NCBI GenBank assembly: GCA_021613535.1
Contig: CP075494.1
Span: 9,982,001 to 10,046,000 of the forward strand
Length of the DNA: 64,000 nucleotides
Direction: 5' to 3'
Source of the DNA: Adineta vaga
Lineage: Eukaryota > Animalia > Rotifera
A program made the position numbers and the translations under genes. The notes below the pieces were generated by a model. The model was not told the origin of the DNA. It saw only the letters and a program-made list of their open reading frames with translations, and searched no databases. How positions within the stretch are numbered: the stretch's first letter is position 1; every line of letters begins with the position of its first letter. Of the stretch, positions 1 through 14,800 are shown piece after piece.

Positions 1-1082
1 ATTAAAAATAATGCACCAAGTGCGACAGCTTTCATTTTTACATCCAGATCTAATGGTACTAAAAACAAGAGAAGAATCAAAATTACAGTCATGCATAGTT
101 AAAGAATTGCAATAATACTTCGAATAGAAAATGTATCAGCCGTTGTCATTGCTTCTGCTAGAAATCCACGATATTTCTTATGAATAGCGCCAATTTCTGT
201 GCTTGCATCATTTCCATATAACTATAATACAGTGATCGATTATCTTTCAAAAGGAACAAACATATTTCTTCTTACGGTAAATTTATTTTCACAACAACAG
301 GCATATGGACCATCACAGATACATCCTGGACCAACAATATGCAAGACAGGACTTCCTGCTGCATCTTTTAATACATAATTCATACGCCAACAACTACATC
401 TAGATACAGAAAAACAAAAAGGTAAACTTGTTCATCATCCTTTGTTGACATACTCTTGCGAAACAAAACCAATGATAGTTCCCGGAGGTGATTCAATAGT
501 CACTTCTTGAACACACCCGGCACAACAAGCAAACCAACAACAACCGGAACAACATTTAAATTCACGTTTAATTCGTATGACTTCCTAAAAGTAATTATGT
601 TTTCAAAATTATATAATCAGATTCGATTTCCTTAATCACATACTTGATTTGCACTATCAACAATATGAAGATCAAATCGACGAGTTTTAGGACAATATAA
701 ACGTTGACATATGTCAGATTCTAGACGAATAAGAATCTTAATTTCACAAAGAATCGATTAAGTATCAAACATTACCTTCGAATGCGTAGTAAACTTGTTC
801 ACCTTTATCATTAAATATTCCATATTTTGCTTGCGATGGAATACCAACCATCACTAAACAAATCAAATAGTATTTTTTATAGTTATAATTTTAATTATCG
901 TTTCATTTACTTTCAGTAAGTGAAACAACTTGTTTCGCTAATAATGATTCTAATGGTCTTAAATATGCAAGACCACTGGGATCACCCGGAGGTTTATCCA
1001 TCCATCTTTGTTGTTGTTGAGGATTCATAATATTATTCCCCAACATTTCATTTGCCTGTGCCATAAGAAAAGCTCCATTCAT
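1..1082 (-). CDS. Phospholipid scramblase family protein, multi-exon; 3' end runs off the window edge
   Basis: Hand-spliced minus strand gives MNGAFLMAQANEM...RWMDKPPGDPSGLAYLRPLESLLAKQ, Cys-rich CCSGCCWFACCAGC and GPGCIC motifs, and C-terminal VPLDLDVKMKAVALGALFL, typical of PLSCR proteins; short GT-AG introns. Confidence 0.85.
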
Positions 1083-2652
1083 TTTTAACTTTTAGGGTTG
1101 GTGTTTTACTCTCCTAAAAATAGTAAGAAATATTCTAGATAAAACAAGAAAAACGGCTCGTTTTTCTTTTTTTTATTTCTTTATTTTTGTTTCCGTTCGT
1201 CCTATTTTCCATGCGTTGAACGATGAGTGCTCGTCCGTTTCTAGATAAATTTGAGGAAAAACGCTGTTTGCCATTCAGAATTCAGACAGCTAAGGTGTTA
1301 ACAACGGCAACATGTTTTCCTGTTCTTCCTTAGCAACCGTAGAAGAAAAATGTAAAGATAATATTTAGCAAGAAATTGAATCAAATGAAAAGAAGAGAAA
1401 GAAGTTCAAGCGAACGTCTCTTATATTGTAAATAGAATGATAATAACATTGTGTAAATAGTTCTAGTTGAAGAGGCTGTTTAAAATGATCCATACGATTA
1501 ACATCATCCTATTAAAGAACGGAATCAACAAAATAAGAGAAAATGCGGAAATATGTTAAGAGAGATAAAAATCATGAAAGTAGGCGTTATGGTTTTATGT
1601 TCGATTCTATCGAGATATATAAATATATTTATGATGGATCATGTACCATTGAATTTATGATTTTTCAAGTGTAAATATGTTACATATCAGACTTTATAAT
1701 TCTATTTCTAGTGAGAAAAACCTCGATAATATATAACATATTTTTCACTTCATTTACTTTATATTATAGACAATTGTTAATCATCGTCTGTTTCCTACTT
1801 ATTTTATTGATGTGGCAATGGAAAACAAGGAAAAAAACCTATTTACAGCATAATAACGATATACAGCCAATGTTCTGAATTAACACGTATTTTAGGGGTA
1901 AAACTCTCGATAAGAAAAAAAACTGATTATCCAATGCAAGTATTTGCAAAATAACAGAAGTAAATATTTGATAACAGAAGTTCAAAAATTAAGCATATAT
2001 CTTTTTATATATGACGTCTTTCTTTTTCTTTTTCTTTTTCTTTTTTCTTAAGATTGTCTGATGTCTTTTTCTCTTTAATACCTGATCTTCTTGCTTCTTT
2101 ATTACAATAGACTTCATTACACTAAGTTGTTTTTGTTAACGACGTAAAGATCAAGAATCTAAATCTGTTAAGATCCGATACTTTTCCTTCAAATATCGAT
2201 CTTAAAAAACCTTTTGTTTGTTGTTTTTCCTTTTTAATAATACTTAATAATAAGCATACTACATCATTATCATTATTTTGGTTTACTAATGATTGTTTTC
2301 CTAGTCTTTTGTTCTTTACCTCATATAAACATTTCTATCAAACCTCTCAAGCTGTGCAATGCATATATAACCAAATTATGGAGATAAAAAGCAAGTAAGT
2401 TCGTGATTTTGCACAAATATACAAATCCTTTTTTCTCTGTGACTCTCACACGTTTTTCTTTGTATATTGTACATCAGAACCACATCTTTTTTCGATTGAA
2501 AATGCACAAGAATGTGCTAATTAGATTTTTGCTGTAGGATAGACGAATATTTTGCCCTTTATAATGCCGACACTAAGCCGAGTATGTAAGATTGTCATTC
2601 ATTTCTTTCTAGATTTTTTCTTTCTTTATCTCGTTTACTAAAACTTTGAATC

Positions 2653-4430
2653 ATGGATGACACAAATGATACAATGCATCATTCACAAATACTTGCTCAA
2701 ACGACTTGTGAAGACATCGATGAAGTATTCAAGAATATAAATGCATCCTTTTATGAATCAAAAAATACGACGCGAGAAGCTTATATTAATCTTTTTCAAT
2801 GTATACCAAAACCTTATTTAGGTATTCAAGGTGTTCAAAAATGGATCCTATCGATCATCTTATTTTCTTTTCTTATCTTTGGTCTTCTGGGAAATGTTCT
2901 TTCGGCAACAGTTATGTTTCGACGTGCACGTCGTGGTCTTTCATCCTATTTTTATTTAGGATTGTTAGCTATTATAGACATATTTGTACTTTATTCTGGC
3001 TGTTTATTATTTTTGCTTGAAATTACATTTAATTATCAACCACAATTATATTCTACAATTAATTGTCGAATAGGATTTTATATTCAACATTTTTTCACCT
3101 ATATATCAGCATGGCTTATTGTTGCTGTAACATTGGAACGTTTTCTTGTTGTACGCTTTCCCATTCAATCAATTCGAATGTGTCGTTTACGTGTTGCTTA
3201 TACAATTTCAATTGTTCTAATGATTTTTTTCTCGATCTATACATCACATTGTTTTCTAACCATGGATATTGTTCGAGTAAATTTAAAAACAAATCAAGGT
3301 TATCATCCAAATTACAATATTTGTGATTTAGTCAAACATCGAGATATATTATCATTCATTGATTTATGTTTGTATAGTGTTTTACCATCGTTATTAATTA
3401 TTATTTTCAATATTTTAATTATTTTAACCATGTTCTATGCATTAAAACAACGACGAAATTATTTACAAGCAAGTAGTTGTATACAAACAACGGATACATG
3501 TGCAAGAAATATGACACAGAAAACGAAAAGTTCAGCATCAATTCGAACACAATTCTTTCGTAGTCGATCAGGAGGTAAGACAATCAATGAATTGAATGTT
3601 CTTTTTTGAAATACAAAGAGAATATCTGAAATTGAATTAGAATTAGTTTTGTATATATAATAAATGAACCTTTTTGAAAGATACTTCTTTGTGGGTGTCA
3701 CTTGTTTAGCTGAATAAAAGAAAGATGCTTGATAAATAGTTTATAAGGTTTTCTTAAAATTACGTTAGTATATCTAACAATGTGAAAATTGAAAAGAGAA
3801 GACGAGAGATAATTAATCATTTAATTTGGATTTTTTTGAACTCTATGTATACTATTTCAAATCGTGTTTAGAATCAAGTCCAGCTGGTCGTTCGTTTATT
3901 CCACAAAGTCGTTTGTATCACAATGGTTTGAATAAGACAAATCCTGAACGAAAATCTCCACAAGTACCTTTGGATTCAACAAGTGCAACTGGAATACGTT
4001 TGACATGTTTATTATTAGTCATCTCATTTACATTCGTTCTTTGTACATTACCAATATCAATAAATGCACTTTTTGCTAAAGCTCTTTCTAAATATAAATC
4101 AACAACACATTGGCAAATTAGACAATTAAGTTTAACAGTATTAATGTATTTAAATCATACGGTAAATAGAAAATTTGTTTATTGAATTTCTAATATTTGA
4201 TTATTTAGATTAATTTTGTTTTCTATTGTTTAACTGGTCGAGTATTTCGAAATGAATGTCATAAACTTCTCCATGGTTTATGGGCATTAAAAGATGTTCA
4301 TATATCATGTACAATGAGTTCGGATTCAGATAAACATCATCATTATCATCAACAAATCATTCTTACCGATCGAAATCGTAGGATTACATCTCAGCAACAA
4401 CAAAATCGTGTTAAACGATCATATTTGTAA
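2653..4430 (+). CDS. Rhodopsin-class (class A) peptide GPCR, 3 exons (~2653-3574, ~3871-4161, ~4210-4430)
   Basis: TM1 GLLGN, TM2 LAIID, TM3 SAWLIVAVTLERF, TM5 YSVLP, TM6 FVLCTLP, TM7 NHT/INFVFY; invertebrate peptide-receptor style. Confidence 0.88.
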
Positions 4431-4514
4431 ATATATATATATTCTTCTTTATATAATTATTATTTTTTATTGACAACAAAAGAAAATCTATTGATTTTTT
4501 TTAAAAACTTATTT

Positions 4515-4826
4515 TTAAACGCTAATTGTCCATCCGACTCGTTTCTCTCGTGGTTGTTGTTTTTGTTGTTGTTCTTGTTGTTGTGTTTTGTATAAATGAA
4601 TAGAATTTGAACATAATTTTCTCGTTAATTTTAATGGATATTGTTCTTGTTGTTGGCATATAAGTGAAATAAAATTTATTGGATGTATTACGTCACATAA
4701 AGGTTTCATAAGATTCGACGATGAATCATTTTCAATAAGTATATCATCCGATAATGGGACCGATTTAATTGAAGAAAACTGGATGATCATGAGAAAAATA
4801 CAAATTATAAGTGTGCGAAATGTCAT
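4515..4826 (-). CDS. Small secreted protein, putative neuropeptide precursor (103 aa)
   Basis: Signal peptide MTFRTLIICIFLMIIQFSSIKS, Gln-rich spacer, dibasic KR followed by C-terminal VGWTISV-stop; the ATG at 4826 is preferred over the longer ORF start. Confidence 0.6.
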   Translation of the reverse strand: MTFRTLIICIFLMIIQFSSIKSVPLSDDILIENDSSSNLMKPLCDVIHPINFISLICQQQEQYPLKLTRKLCSNSIHLYKTQQQEQQQKQQPREKRVGWTISV

Positions 4827-6048
4827 GATGCTGGATCGAACTACTATAAAAACAAAATATCGTGTATAGAATAAATAAGATGTATTCGAAAGAATATATA
4901 AGATTGTATTGAACTGAAATGATGTATTAGTGATTCTCGTCATAGTATCAGTCGCTGTCAAGTTTAGAATGATAAAAATAGAGTTTGATATGTACATAGA
5001 ATAGTTGTAGTTCATTGTAATTATGACATTTCATTATGTCAAATGAACTCTTGAATCAGATTCTATGTGATTTTATTATTCTTTTACTTAGAGCGTATTA
5101 CGAGGCTGATATTTATAAGTATGGAATGACATTATTCCTACTTAATTTCCGTTTTCTCACGAAGGTATATTAACATAAAATGAAGATTTATCTATTAGCT
5201 CGTCTGCAGGTATGAGATGATTTTTAACCTACAGTATTAATTTTTAAATACGAAGACGAGAAAAATGAATTCAATATTTTGAATGTGAGAATTTCTATAT
5301 GGCAAAGAATCTTTACTTGTCAGCTAAGAATGTAGGAGATACTTACTGATAGATCGATGTCAGATGAATTGAAAAGAAGAATGTTCATGTTTATGTCGAA
5401 TCAGTCAGAAATATATTTCATTCTACCCTCCTCCATAACTAATCTTCTTATTATTAATGTCAGATGTATCGATAAATCGTTTTAAAGTATCTCAACAAAT
5501 ACTATTGACATACCCATCTATCTCTTAAATTAATAATAATCTTCTTTAAAACATATTTATTTGATATTAACACGAACTATGTCAACTTATTTCTAAGATA
5601 CTTTCCTCTGAACAAAACACATACATGTATAGATTATCTGACATAAAATAAAGAAAACATGAATGGTATATTTTTAGATTATTCTATTCGTTTTATATAG
5701 ATTATTTCAAGAACTTATCAAGTACGAAGAATCTGTTGACCATTTTTTTCCTTGAGTTCTTGCATAAGTCAATAATGGATACTATTAATACGTCAGAAAA
5801 CGCCCTGTTCATGACAAAATAAGTTAATTAACAGATTCTATATGAGTTTTAGACATGTATGAGCTAGACATTCAACTAATAAAGTTGAATGGATAATGCA
5901 GAGTATCTTTCATTCTAGATTTAATTTCATAGTTTAGTTCTTTAAAATATCGATTAGCAGTAACAAGATCTTTTGTTTATTTTCTTCTTTAAAATAACAA
6001 TAACAAAAAACCGGGATTGATTTCTTCTCAGAAAACAATTGTTTTCTA

Positions 6049-9000
6049 TTAACTTGTTTGAAGATGTTTTGTAACTATAAGACGTAATGGTTCATTTAAC
6101 GTTTGCATGACTTGAATAAAAGCATCACGATGCTTCATATAGATCGAACGAAGAAATTCACGTATCACTAGGACAGCATCTATATGTATATATAAGAAAA
6201 TAAAGTCCTATATCGATATACATTCAAGGAGATTTTACCAGGTAATACGTTTTCATGATCAATGATTGATGCAGCCATTTCAATAGATTTTGGAAGATAT
6301 GGTTCAATCTATATTGAATAGATAATGAATAGACTATTGCAGAAAGATGAAAGATATACCTCAGTAAAATGATGTTCGTAGAGTAGATTGAAACAAGTGA
6401 ATACAGAATTAGCTTCGGCGAAATCTTCTTGAAGTGGTAAATGCTGAAAGAGAACCGGTAGAACCTAAATTTCAAGAAAGTTAATATTTTTTCTTTTATA
6501 GAATAAAAGATAGAATATTTACTTGTCCAAGTGGAACATGTTTTGTTGAAACAACCATCATTCGACAAAGACAACTACAAATATTATCAATCATTCGTCT
6601 ATTTGTTTCTTTGATTAAAACTTGAGAGAGACGACTAAGTATTGTTTCATATTGTCCAAGTAACTGTTGATTAGCAATGGCACAGAGAACACCGATGCCA
6701 AAACATGCATTTGTTCGTACTTCTTCATCATCATCAAGTAAATATTGATAGAACACTAGTGAAAAAGTTTACATTTGCTTTTTCCTTGTTTGAAATGCTA
6801 TACTTCTACATACTGGTAAAGAGTGATTGTAAATGAGGTGTAATCAATGTTTCATTCATATTTTGTACGGTTTCAGCGAGAACACCAATAACAAATGAAC
6901 GATCGGAAACACTTGCTTGATGTCTCTATAATATGAAAGAAGATGAATTTCGAACAGATGCAATGACATTTTTCGAAACATACAAGACGTTTTTGTAATT
7001 TTGGAATAATTGATGCGAGATATCCGGGAAGAAATGAAACTTTACCGGCACATGCAATCGATGTTAGTATTGGTAGAAGATCTCCACCTGTGGATATCAA
7101 CATCGCATCATATTCAGCGTCATCTCGACCATCTTGTTCTCGACTGTCACCACCACCATTTTCTTCATTTTCATCGTCATCCTCTTGTTGACATTTAGTC
7201 TTTGAGAAAAAATACAAAAAATAAATATTTTCATTTCTATCGTTAATTTTTACTTTATAATTGAGAACTTTTTGAACGGTATGAGCAATTTTTTCCAGTA
7301 ATGTTACATGTTTTAACATATCTATTTTAACTTCTTCTAAAATACTTTTGATAGTATCAAGTGCAACTTGTGCTAATGAACGACTTCCTGATGTATTGAT
7401 GATTGTACATAAATTCGGAATTAACTCAACTAATAAACGATCAGATTCTTTAAATAAATACAAACAAATTATTATTTTGATTTAAAAAAATCATGAATTA
7501 TATAAATACCATTTTGAACAAGTTGTTTCTCATGTTCTATCTGCGTTTGTGTACCCATTTTATGGATGGATATTAGTAGATTTCCTGCAGCTGTCACGGC
7601 ATTTTGTGCACATTGAATATTTGGAAATTCTAACATATTTTTGATCTGTTCAACAATATCTTTCAAATGTGCCCATACAGCAACCCTATGAAAAAGATAT
7701 GATTGAGTTTGATTTCATAAGTTTCATATTTTAATACAAGAAAGTCAATCATATAAATTAGAAATAAAATTTCTCTTACATGCAATGTTCGACAATATCA
7801 CCTAATGCTTCAATTGCTGCCGCTTTTTCTTCCACATGAGCATTTTCAATAGTCATTCTACGAGAAAAATATCAAAATAATTCGATAAAGAAATCTATTC
7901 ATCATATCTTCATACCCTTCATCTGCCAGTTCATCATTGTCTGAACCATCTTCATCATTATCTTCATCGCCAGTTGCTCCTTCTGCATCACTAATTCCAT
8001 TTGATGCAGTATCTATTTGTTCTTCATCAACCCATTCTAATTTACGATTCTCAGTTGCTGCGACATCCTACATAATGAAAATAGTTGATTGAAAATTTCA
8101 AGAGACCAAGAGCTATTTTACTTCAATCCAATCAAGTGATCGTAGAGATCCAAAAATATGTTCTGTCATTTTATTAATATGAGCTGGATTCAATTCATTC
8201 TTTAATACTCGACTAGCAGCTCCACCAAGAGCAAATCTGAATAAAGATAATAAATATGTTTTTCTTTTCGACATTTTCAAATACGTACACTGCTGAACGA
8301 AATTCGGGTTCATCAATTTCACTGTATAAATTCAATGAAAAATCCAATGCTTGCATTAAAATTGCTTTACAATGATCAGTTCCAACTGCTCGACAAAGTG
8401 AAGCAAGTGTATCTAGACACATTCATCAATTTAAACAAATGACAAAAAAAATGAAAAAACAACTTACTAAGTGATGTACAAAATACTGGTAAAGTTTCTG
8501 TACTTGGTTTTTGACTTAGATTAGGTGAAAGTTGAGTAATGACTGGTTCGAGATATGGTGCAAATTTATCTTCCATAACAATTGCTAAATTGAAAAGATG
8601 AAGAAAATAATTGAATTAAAGATTTACACGATGTCTATTATTGAATAATTACCAATAGCTGGATAAACAGCAAGAACTAATTCACGAACTTTCGTATTTG
8701 TTGTTGAAGCATGAACATGAAATAAAACTCGAAGAACTTCGGGTAGCGAATTTTTATGTTCATCGTCTAAAACAAAACAAAAAAGAACAAGTATTAATGA
8801 ACGATTAATTTTGATTTACAATAAAATCTAACAATAGATATGAAATATGTTAGGACTTACTTAAAACTCCGATAATTTCTTCAACAGCATAATAAATTCG
8901 TATAACTTTTAAATTATGATTTTGCATATTTTCCGGTTTAACCATCAATTCCATCAGAATGGGTAAAATTTGTACTGAATATTTAGAAATTTCTCCCTGA

Positions 9001-10593
9001 AATTCAGTAACATAGATATCAAATTCTACTTTTATAAAACATGTTTTACTTCTAAAACAGCACATGTTTCACCTAATGCTAATAGAGCTGCACTTGATAC
9101 ATCTGAATGAGTATCTTGAAGACCCAGTTTAAGTGCTGTCATATATGGTTCAAGATAACTAAAGTCAATTTATAGAAAAATCTTTGAAACTTTTTAATAA
9201 ACTTCTTTACTTATTATTGATATAATCGCAACAACCATCAATAATACCAGAAAGAACATAATAAGCAGCTTTACGTTCATTTGCAACACTACTTTGTAAC
9301 ATTGGTTCAACTTGTGAAATCTACAAAAACGTTCATTTATGAAAGAACAAACTTCCTCTCCCACGATTTCAAAACTTACAACTAATGGTACAAATTTTTC
9401 TGGAGATAAATGATATGACATTGCTTCAAGCACATGATTAGCACCAGCAACAACAACTGGTTCATCTTCATCATCATCAGTAATAGTATTACTATCAATA
9501 GCAGTCGAACTAATTATCTGAAGTAATGCTTGTATAATTGGTGGTAGAATAGCTTGATTTTTCAATAGAACTTTCTTCTTTTGTCGACAAATTTCAGCTA
9601 AGATACTTAAAGCATTATAACGAACAGATTCAAGAACTGATTCATCATTTCTTAAAGCAATCTTAAAATAAACAATTCGAAAGATAAGAAATTTTTTAAA
9701 TAATAAAGAATTTTACTTGAAGACAAGTTGAAATAATACTTTGAAGATGAGTTCCAATAACATTGGGTACTTCACAATCAAGTAATGCTTCATAGAAATC
9801 CAAGAGATTAGTCGTATTAGCAGCCTAAAAGAATTTCAAAATCAGAGTCTCTCATTATTCAAGACCTTGCTTTAATTACCTTAAGATTAACGAAAAGATA
9901 TTGTATTGCTTCATTAGCAATTGGCACTAGATCAACAATTGTTTGTACATAGTGTTTTTGATGCAAAACTTTAACTAGATTTGTTAAAATAATCAATGCT
10001 TGTTCACAAACAACTGTTGATGATCTTGTTTTTAACATAGTTGTAATTAAATTAAATGTATGTGGCCAATGTTCAAGTACGAATCTTCCACAATAAGTTG
10101 CCAATGTTGCAAATAGACACATGCCTAATTCTAATTGTTTTAAATCTGTTGATTGAACTAATGTTCCACATAAATGTAAATATTCTTTCCAACCAGTTGT
10201 TTCATTTTTATTCGATTTTTTCGTTGATTTTTTCTTCTTTTCAATGACTTCATTTTGTAAATCTTGTTTAGCAATAGTGCCAATTAATTCAAATAGAGAT
10301 TTTCGTATTCGTTGATTCGTTTCAATTTGAATTTGTTCAAGTAGAAGATGTTTTAACGTTTCATGAACTTCTTTCGATACTGTCGTTGATGATTTTGAAA
10401 TTTTACGACGAAGTAAAACCGATGCTAGGATACGAATTTGATCGTTCTGTTCCGAACGAAATATATGAAATAATTGAAGAAGAAAATCATTCGTTAACGA
10501 AAGATTTTGCAATTGTTTCGTTGCTTGTTTGACTTTTTCCGTATCTGGTTCAGTCAATTGATTTAACCAATGAATCAATGTTGCCGATTGCAT
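6049..10593 (-). CDS. IPO4: Importin-4-like karyopherin beta (HEAT repeats), many exons
   Basis: N-terminal LTEPDTEKVKQATKQL...QIRILASVLLRRKI, acidic loops, EYDAMLISTGGDLLP, EEVRTNACFGIGVL, MIDNICSCLCRMM. Confidence 0.85.
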
Positions 10594-10754
10594 AATTATC
10601 TAGAAAAAAGGATAATTAAATATTTAATTAAAAGATAGATATAATTTATTAAGGATAAAAATTAAAAGATAAATTTGTCATAAAATTGGATCAGTCTGTG
10701 TATGAAAGAAAAAGAAATCATTCGATAGAAAAAAATATATAATTAAAATTATTT

Positions 10755-11426
10755 TCATTGCCAATCTTTCGCAACAACAAGATTCCATTCCCATTCAGCA
10801 AAAATATTCTTATCATCATCAGTTAATTTTGATTTAACTAAAAATGATCCACGGGATAGAACACCGCTCGGAGCTTGCTCAACATCACCAACATAGGTTT
10901 GTATGTCACTACTTGGCGCTCGTGAACCTAAAAGAAAATCGAATTTTCAAATGCATTCTTCTTTCAATCAATTACCAATCATATATTTCGATTTATCTAC
11001 GGGTATTGTTCGTGCTTTTAAAACTTTATTCATTAATTTTAAGCCAGTTACAATATCACGTTGGACATAGAATTCTAATTGTGTACGATAAGTTTCTCCT
11101 TCTTTTATCGTTACAGTTCGTTTGGAATGTAAATCACGTATTTGTGCAATTGAACCTTTTAGTTCAAATGTTACATCCGGTTTATGTTTTTCAAAAAGAA
11201 GTGTAATACGTATCGGTAGAACAATACGTGCATCGTTTGCATCAATTATTTGATTTGCCATTGGTTGGCCAGTGTTAGAATTACCTAACAGAAGTTTCTT
11301 ATAGCGTGTTAATGATTCATCGTCTTCATCTTTAGCAACAATAGAATCAATATCTACTTTTTGTGGTGCTTTATAACCATGAGCAGTAGATTGATCATCA
11401 TCCGAATCTTGATCATGTGATGCCAT
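10755..11426 (-). CDS. Rho GDP-dissociation inhibitor, 2 coding exons
   Basis: GYKAP...KDEDDESLTRYKKLLLG, TIKEGETY, FYVQRDIVTGLK, C-terminal EWEWNLVVAKDWQ. Confidence 0.92.
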
Positions 11427-11855
11427 TTTTCTCCAACAATTAATAATCTAGAATTTTCGAAAAGAATTCTATTCGTTTTCGATAAAACTCTAAGTTCATT
11501 TGAAAAACAAAATCAATTTTCAAATATTCATATATCATGGTCACTCAACGTATTTCATATATTGCTTTTCTGCACACGAAAATTGTATCTAGAAGAAACA
11601 AACATCGAAAAATCTTCGTTTTTTATTTCTTGTTTAAAATAAAATAAACAATCACATACTCGACATACAATATTATCATGCTATTTTTATTAGAACGAAC
11701 GAAAAAAAAAATGAGTAAGGTAGAATATTAACCTGCTAAAGTAAATTATACAACAACGACCGCAAAACATAAATTGTCTATGCATACAATACTCACCGGG
11801 AGAGGCAACTACTAGGAAATATGTTCATACAAATATACAAAAGAAATGTAAGACA

Positions 11856-14800
11856 TTATTTTTTATGAATATTTGTACGAAGTTGTCGAATAACGTGATC
11901 CAATTTGATAAAACCTTCTTCTGCTTGTTGAATTGTCTTTTTTGTTGTTCCACGAATTTTCTTCATAATAGTTTTATTATTTCCTGAATTTTCATTGATT
12001 TCTTCTTCATCAGTACCACCCAATAATACTTGAGGTGCATGAGAACTTTCATCTTCACTCATTTGATATGTATGAGCACGAATTGTTGAAGGTGATGGTT
12101 CTTGAAGATAATCATTCGTTGCCATTGGTGTTGCTGTTGTTGTTGTTGTTACTCCACCTAAATCACGAATATTTTTATAAACAACTGATCGAAGATCATC
12201 GATCATGTCGACATAATTCATAATATCTTCACATTGTTTTTCATAAGATTGTTTAATAGATTGAAAATGATGAATTAAACTTGAACGTTGTCTTATCCAT
12301 TCATTGTAATTATTGAAACCTTCAATTAAATTCGGATAACATTCTTTTGTAGCGAATGAAAGATAATTTCCATGAAGTTCTTCGAGATTCTTTCGACGAC
12401 GAAAATGAGAATCACTTTGTAAACGATTATATGTACTTAATAAACGATCCTAAAATAATAAATCAGATTTAGAATTCAATGATCGTGTTTCTAAGCAACA
12501 ATAAGCTAAAAAGCATGTGACAGACATCATTTACTTCTATGTCAATAACTGAGATTCTATTCTGTCATTCTGAACAGACTGAAAACATACGGATTTCTTT
12601 TTTGAATAACACTTTTTAAATGATATTATCTTGCAATCATTCGTGCAGATTATTATGTACATAATTGGAGAAGTAAAGCGGAAACTTCTAAATATTCATA
12701 AGCTATGTCATGCCATGCAACAGTAATAATCACCTTATTATAAATATGTTCTATTACAAATAGGAAAATATGTCAGAAATGATGAAGAATGTGTTCCTGA
12801 CTTTCTTTTCAATGAAGGAAAATTTCAGTATGAAATATATAGGTGATAATGTGTCATATTAAAAGTAAAAGAAAGATTCCGTGAGGCTAATCCAGTTTCT
12901 GATATAATGGAAACGAATTTACGTGATTCTTCTATGTAATAGTCTCGATGAAATCTTATTTTTTGAATATTCTTATTAATAACTATGAATTCAAAATCAG
13001 AAGAGAAGATTTGTCACTCTTCTTATGTTAATACAGCTATGAGTTAATTCTTTCGCTTACTTTTCGAAAACTTTCGTGAAGATCCATTAAATCTTTAAGA
13101 AATTTATCAGCTCGATGTATCCATGTTGCATAAATTTTTGTACATTGTGATATCCATAATGTATTAACAAATGGTTGTTGATCATCGGGCATACCTAATT
13201 GTCCGTGAAATTCTCGTTCAACCATTTCTAATATATCTTGTTCACATTTTTTTAATTGTTCATATGGTTGAAGATATGATCGAAGATAAATGCGAATACT
13301 TTGTTGAATTAGTTGCATGGGAGATGTTCCTGTTGATCGATGTGTAGTAACTAGAAAGAAAACAAAAACATTTCGACTTTATTCATCATTCTGAACTAGA
13401 TTTTATTGAAAAGAATATACCTGGTGATAAACTATTTTCACTTGATGATGCAGTATTACTTAATAAATGCGAAAATCCAATTGATGGTGCTTCTCCACCA
13501 GTCGATAGTGTACGTCCAGATGGATTATTTCCATTGATTGAACTCATTGATACACTATTCGATGATGAGGATGAAGAATGACTAGTTGTATTACTATCAA
13601 TTTGATCGAGAATATTTTTTAATTCTTCTATTGCACGAAAAACAATAAGTTTTGATCGAATTGAACATAGAAATTCTAATAAATTCGTTTTTAAATGTTG
13701 TTGCATTATAGTTGTTGAACATTGAGCTGTTTGTAAAATATGTTGATAGTCATTTAATTGAGTTTTTATATAGAAAAATAATCCAACCATATCTTTAGAC
13801 CAATCATATGCAGCAGCGACATCATTCATTTGCCGAATAGGTTTAACAGGTGGTATATGAAGTTGTGGAATGTAGGATGGATTCGATTTCAACGGTGAAA
13901 ATGTATAAAATACAAGTGGAGTTTCACGTGATGTAGGAATCGGCAATTGTTCGCAGAATGTTTTGACAGGCATAGGCTTCGATTTTGATATTGGATACGG
14001 TACACTAGAATAAAAGTCATTGTCAACAAAACAAATTGATTTCAATGAATGATTTACTTTTGAAAAAGACAATAATAATCTTCATGATTTTCATCATTAT
14101 TTTGTCGTGTTAATTGATCATATAATTTTGTTATTGATTGTGATGGTTCAAAATAATTACATGTTAATATAAAACGTTTTAAATTTAAATAATAAATGGG
14201 TATTAAATGAAATATTTGATCTGTTTCTTGAAAAAATTCTTTAAATGTCATTAATTTATTTCTATCCGATTCTAGTAAACGTTGTAACAACATTTCTAAT
14301 CGTTCTTTCAGATCTTTTGATAAGCGACATGAAGCTGGTAAAGTTTTTGACCATTGAATTTTTCCACCGGGTGTATTTTCAATACCAGATATATATCCGG
14401 GTGGTTTCGTTTCGAGAATACGTTTCATACCTGCACGATCTTTTCGTGTACCAGCATATGGTTGAAAAGGTAATTCACCTGAAATAGATCCGAGAAGAAA
14501 ATGAATTCAAACGATGAAAAATTCTTAATACAAACCAGTAGCACATTGGTAGAGTGTAACAGCAAATGACCATAAATCAACTTCAAATGGAAAATCAACA
14601 CGTGTTTGTAAAGCAGTTCGTAGAACATCAGTTTTATTATCATGTACAGCAGCTCTAAAGAAAGAATGACAAAAGATACAGATGAAATTCTTTTGAATTG
14701 TACCGGAATATTCGATCAATTAGATTTTCAAACTGCATTATTAAATAAAGGTTGATCTCATTCGTTATACTCTACTACATCCTAACCATTTCGCTTTTCT

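Noticed and set aside
4515-4545. KR-VGWT similarity to the galanin N-terminus (KR-GWTL)
   Set aside because: Only three residues match, the peptide ends immediately, and there is no amidation signal
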